This document shows, piece by piece, positions 60,137-64,000 of a DNA stretch of 64,000 nucleotides (positions within the stretch are counted from its first letter, which is position 1; the number at the start of each line of letters is the position of its first letter). Under the pieces are notes generated by a model. The model worked only from the letters and a program-made list of their open reading frames with translations. It was not told the origin of the DNA and did not search any database. The position numbers and the translations under genes are program-made. The stretch is from Nostoc sp. DedSLP01 (GTDB lineage Bacteria > Cyanobacteriota > Cyanobacteriia > Cyanobacteriales > Nostocaceae), in NCBI GenBank assembly GCA_034530875.2, contig JAVRCJ020000018.1, positions 111,963 to 175,962 of the forward strand, in the 5' to 3' direction.

Positions 60137-60892
60137 ATGCCAGAAACTCAAGTTGGAGATATTAGCATTTACTACGAGGTAAAAGGCAGTGGTTATCCGC
60201 TAATAATGATTATGGGTTTAAGCTTCAGCCTTTTAGATTGGGGGGATGCGTTCCTTGATGAACTAGCGAAACATTATCAAGTCATTGTGTTTGATAACCG
60301 CGATTCTGGACGCACAAAAAGTAAGTCAACAGATAATTATACGACTGCTGATATGGCAGATGATGTAGCAGGATTGCTTAATGCTCTAGGAATAGCACAA
60401 GCTCATGTTCTTGGCGGCAGTATGGGTGGTATGATTGCTCAACAGTTTGCCTTGAGACATGCTAACAAGCTAAATAAATTGATATTGATCTGCACAATGG
60501 CGGGTGGAAATTGTAGTGATTTTGACCCAAATAATCAAGGCGATTTATTCGAGCTTCTTTTTACCGAATCATACTTATCTATCTCCAATAACCGGGAAAA
60601 ACTAGAAGATTTTTTCAAAAAAACCTCATTTTATCACAGTCAGCAAGATGGTTTGATAAGGCTATTACAGGCGCACGCTAGTCACAATACCTGTAATTTA
60701 CTGCAAGGTATTAAAGCACTTACCTTAATCATTACTGGAGATAGTGATTCCGTAATCCCTCCGGAAAATAGTAAGATTTTGAATAACAGAATTTCTGGTT
60801 CAGAACTCAAAATTATTAAACAAGGCGGACATGGACTTTTGTATAGCCATACCGCTGAATTGACTACAATTTTGATTGATTTTTTATCGTAA
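60137..60892 (+). CDS. Alpha/beta hydrolase
   Basis: FDNRDSG, nucleophile elbow GGSMGG, GDSD and GGH. Confidence 0.9.
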   Translation: MPETQVGDISIYYEVKGSGYPLIMIMGLSFSLLDWGDAFLDELAKHYQVIVFDNRDSGRTKSKSTDNYTTADMADDVAGLLNALGIAQAHVLGGSMGGMIAQQFALRHANKLNKLILICTMAGGNCSDFDPNNQGDLFELLFTESYLSISNNREKLEDFFKKTSFYHSQQDGLIRLLQAHASHNTCNLLQGIKALTLIITGDSDSVIPPENSKILNNRISGSELKIIKQGGHGLLYSHTAELTTILIDFLS

Positions 60893-62872
60893 TTTAACGT
60901 GAGGGCGAAGTTTCCAATTACCTAAATACAAAAATTGTTGCCACAAACTACCTGCTATCGGCCAAGTCAACTCGCAGACAGTACCTTGTGGAGAGTGAGA
61001 AAATCGCCGAAACTTGCCTCTTAATTGTCGGGCTAAATCTTGAGCTTGTTGCGTTCCTTGCCCGCCACGCTGATGGTTTTTAGATAGATTTGGAAATCCA
61101 TTATCAATTATTTTTAGGCAATACTCCTGCGACGATCGCGTGCAAACAACATCAAGGCGAGTAGCTCTTTGAGAATGTTTGCCGACATTACATAAAGCCT
61201 CTTGCAAAAAAAGGTATAAGCCTCGCTTTTGGTTGGCATTTAAGTTACATTCTTCTAATGGTTCAAAATTAGGAGGAATAAAACTTTGGATTGTTGCAAA
61301 TCCTTGAAAATTTCTTTTTAAAGTAATATCATAGACATAATAAAGCATCTCCGAAATTGGAGTTTGCAAATCGAGAACTTCATTTCCCTCTAAATAAACA
61401 ATATGATTGCGACTGAGCATTTCTTGACTGAGATACTCAGGAATAGCTCGTAACTCTCGATTAATTTGTTCGAGTTGCGATCGCAATTTTTCAGGTTCGA
61501 TCTCTTCTTCGCCCAGATTTCTTAAAATCACAGCTAGACTTTGCAAAGGCCCGTTATGAATTGCTTCAAAAGAGCGCTTGAGGGTTAAACTGCGCTGTTC
61601 GAGTAACGCTCTTAAATCTCGGTCAAAAAAAAATGTCGTCAGTCCTGCACTCGTCAGAGCTAACAAGGTTGGTACTAAAGGAATCCACCAACCTGCAACT
61701 AGGCAAATATAACAAATTGCGACGAGTCCGATACCAGCTACACCAAGGCTCAACAAAGTCTTACTAGGAGATTGGAGGATTAAACCGACAATTATCCCGA
61801 GTAAACCCCAAGCTAAAATCCATAAATATTCCCAAATTTCCGGCCATACTTTTAACAGGGGTCGTCTGTCTAAAACATGACTAATAATTTGACTCGTGGT
61901 ATGAGCGTGAACTTCTACACCATAAATCCATTGGTATTGATTAGTAGAGTCTTCAACTCCTAAAGCGGTGGTGTGGAGGGTATTTTTGACTGCGGAGATG
62001 ATAAAACTATCTTTAACACTAGCAGCAGTCATGCCAACGATCGCAACGCGATCGCGAATCCAACTAGGATCGATTTTTTTATTCAGCACATCTCTAAGAG
62101 ATATGGTGCGGAAAGGTTGGGGATGAGAGCGAAAGTTCAATAGGACTTGAAACCCATTGGCATCAGTTCCTACATATCCCCCAGAATTGGGGAGAAACCT
62201 GACGAGTTCGCCGGAACCGAACTTAATAGGGTCATAAGAGCGACTGCCATGAGCAAACTCTATTCCTTGTTCGCGCAAATAGAATTGCGCTAAACGCACA
62301 GGTAAGGAATATTTTAGTTCTCCGGTGTGGGTTTTACTTGCTATTAAACTGCGCCGCAGCTTTCCATCTGGGTCTACTATGGTATCTGCAAAGCCGACTC
62401 GTTCGGGAGGTAACTCAGGTGGCGGTTTAACATTAAAAGATTGCTTTTGATTTAGTGCTACTTCAACTGCGATGAGATTTGGATTCTCTCTCCAAACAGA
62501 TGGAAGCTCGCTATCAGCAGAATTACCTTTATTTTTGAACAGGTCAAGACCAATGACTCTGGGTTTGTAACTATTTAAGACGTTCAACATTTGGGCGATT
62601 TTTTTATCTGGTATGGGAAACCCGCCTGCATAGTTAATATCGTCTTCATCAATGCCCACAATTACCACCCGCGAATCGACAGCCTCATTAGGTCGCAGCC
62701 GTAGCAATTGATCGAAAGCCAGCCACTCCTGGGATTGTAATAATCCGATTGAGCGAACAAGTAGGATTAATCCCACAACTGAAAATCCTGGCAGGATGAC
62801 TTCTCGCCAAAGTTTCAGTTCCTCATAAACTTTTTTCCATAAATTGTTTTTAGTTGAAGATGCCGATCTCAT
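60884..62872 (-). CDS. CHASE2-domain membrane sensor with a histidine-kinase-like output
   Basis: VIVGIDE, PRVIGLD, DPDGKLRR and GVEVHA (CHASE2); three TMs; IHNGPLQ, QEALCNVGKH, DNG and GQG (HisKA_3/HATPase-like). Confidence 0.9.
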   Translation of the reverse strand: MRSASSTKNNLWKKVYEELKLWREVILPGFSVVGLILLVRSIGLLQSQEWLAFDQLLRLRPNEAVDSRVVIVGIDEDDINYAGGFPIPDKKIAQMLNVLNSYKPRVIGLDLFKNKGNSADSELPSVWRENPNLIAVEVALNQKQSFNVKPPPELPPERVGFADTIVDPDGKLRRSLIASKTHTGELKYSLPVRLAQFYLREQGIEFAHGSRSYDPIKFGSGELVRFLPNSGGYVGTDANGFQVLLNFRSHPQPFRTISLRDVLNKKIDPSWIRDRVAIVGMTAASVKDSFIISAVKNTLHTTALGVEDSTNQYQWIYGVEVHAHTTSQIISHVLDRRPLLKVWPEIWEYLWILAWGLLGIIVGLILQSPSKTLLSLGVAGIGLVAICYICLVAGWWIPLVPTLLALTSAGLTTFFFDRDLRALLEQRSLTLKRSFEAIHNGPLQSLAVILRNLGEEEIEPEKLRSQLEQINRELRAIPEYLSQEMLSRNHIVYLEGNEVLDLQTPISEMLYYVYDITLKRNFQGFATIQSFIPPNFEPLEECNLNANQKRGLYLFLQEALCNVGKHSQRATRLDVVCTRSSQEYCLKIIDNGFPNLSKNHQRGGQGTQQAQDLARQLRGKFRRFSHSPQGTVCELTWPIAGSLWQQFLYLGNWKLRPHVKLR

Positions 62873-63540
62873 TAGTTAATTAATCCGATTTTTCTAGCTG
62901 CAATTTCAATTTGAATTCTTAATTCTTTACCAGGTTCGTCATAAACCCCTAAGGAATCTTGTAGTCTAATCCAATAGTTGCGTACAGTACGATCGCTCAA
63001 CTTCATCCTTTGAGCGATCGCTTTATCTGTTAATCCTTCTTCATATTTGAGGGTTAGTACCTCAATCCATTTTCGGTCAAATTCTGGGCGCGATCGCAAT
63101 TCTGAAGATAAATAAATAGAACCGCGCAATGCCAAATCCACAAGCTTTAACATTTCGCGGATTGGCAAGGATTTATCCATCGCTGCAAAGCCACCTTCAT
63201 AGGCATTAATTATCGGTTTGAGGCGCACCAACGGTTTAACATTGGTACTTAGCACCACTAAATTAGGAGCGAGAGTGCTTGACATCAAAGTTACGATCAG
63301 TTGCATTCCAACCTCAACCTGAGCCGGAGCTTGAGGCTTTTCTGGCAAACATAAATCAACAATTAATAAGTCTGGGTGGTAGCGTTCAAATTGCTGGTAT
63401 GCAGTTTGGGCATCCTGAGCTACTAAGATTTGTGCTTCAGGGTATTTCTCTTTGAGAGCTGGGATGGTACCTTGAAGAATAGCTTCGTGGTCATCAACGA
63501 CTAAAAATTTTTGCAAACTTTGCTTTGGCTCTCGGTTCAT
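62872..63540 (-). CDS. NarL/LuxR-type response regulator
   Basis: LVVDDH, IVDL and HTH GLTDKAIAQRMKLSDRTVRNY. Its stop overlaps the CHASE2 gene start (TAATG). Confidence 0.92.
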   Translation of the reverse strand: MNREPKQSLQKFLVVDDHEAILQGTIPALKEKYPEAQILVAQDAQTAYQQFERYHPDLLIVDLCLPEKPQAPAQVEVGMQLIVTLMSSTLAPNLVVLSTNVKPLVRLKPIINAYEGGFAAMDKSLPIREMLKLVDLALRGSIYLSSELRSRPEFDRKWIEVLTLKYEEGLTDKAIAQRMKLSDRTVRNYWIRLQDSLGVYDEPGKELRIQIEIAARKIGLIN

Positions 63541-63878
63541 AACTGGCTTATTTTTGAATATATTTGTTCAACCTACCAAAAGTACAAAGAGTCTAATTTT
63601 TTTCTGGTCAAAAATTAATCCTTCATTGGATTAAAGCTAAAATTTATGCCTTAAGACTAGGATACAAATAATCAATTGAGTGCGTGTTGCAGTTTAAGGA
63701 ATTTAATTTTCCAACTTTGGAAAACAGCACTTTACATTAATATGACAAGCCGTCAAGCTTGATGGTGTTACCACTGGTTGTGAGGGTTGAAAGTCTTGTG
63801 AAAGTTAAATTAAGGTTTTATCAAAGCCGGAAATCAACACTATTTGGTTCTAAAACAAGATTTCTGGCGGGATACTAT

Positions 63879-63910
63879 GCGATGGGCTACGCCCCAGCTT
63901 TGGCGATCGC
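63879..63910. repeat. Small dispersed repeat associated with a HIP1 site
   Basis: GCGAT-gggctacgccccagctttg-GCGATCGC. GGGCTACGCCCC is the reverse complement of the core at 28869-28880. Confidence 0.6.
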
Positions 63911-64000
63911 AACTTTTATCATTAGACCTCTTGCAAAAGTCCTAGATGCATGGGACAAGTAAGTGAGAGTTGGGTAGCATAAATGACCTACGAACAGGTA

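Overview
This is a chromosomal window from a filamentous, probably heterocystous (Nostoc-like) cyanobacterium. The assignment rests on abundant HIP1 octamers (GCGATCGC), heptamer tandem repeats, petG/cytM and the gene content. The centre (about 18.1-44.0 kb) is a scytonemin UV-sunscreen locus. A leftward unit carries a PAS histidine kinase, a REC-AraC regulator and a thioredoxin. After a 1.9-kb control region the rightward genes are scyA-scyF, a glycosyltransferase, tyrA, trpE(G), trpC, trpA, a tyrosinase, trpB, trpD and a DAHP synthase. Compared with the Nostoc punctiforme cluster as I recall it, dsbA, aroB and the terminal hypothetical gene are missing, and no ebo genes are in the window. 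The left flank holds a 1998-aa Ser/Thr-His dual kinase, a hybrid kinase and housekeeping genes (hisH, rsmD, petG, cytM, PPIase). The right flank holds accessory genes and a DUF928 / TPR-CHAT / CHASE2-kinase / response-regulator module that is split by an FAD oxidoreductase and a hydrolase. The most interesting observations are: (1) a repeated 40-60 bp motif with 21-bp internal periodicity upstream of scyA (two direct and two weaker inverted copies) and again upstream of trpE, a candidate operator for the AraC-type regulator; (2) a CPRC dithiol and a non-canonical H-box in the scytonemin sensor kinase, encoded next to a thioredoxin; (3) the probably exported caspase-like protease/CHASE2 signalling module; (4) many nested MITE/REP/SDR-like repeats, several lying in frame inside genes. 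No rRNA, tRNA or CRISPR array was recognised. All product calls come from motif recognition, not database searches.
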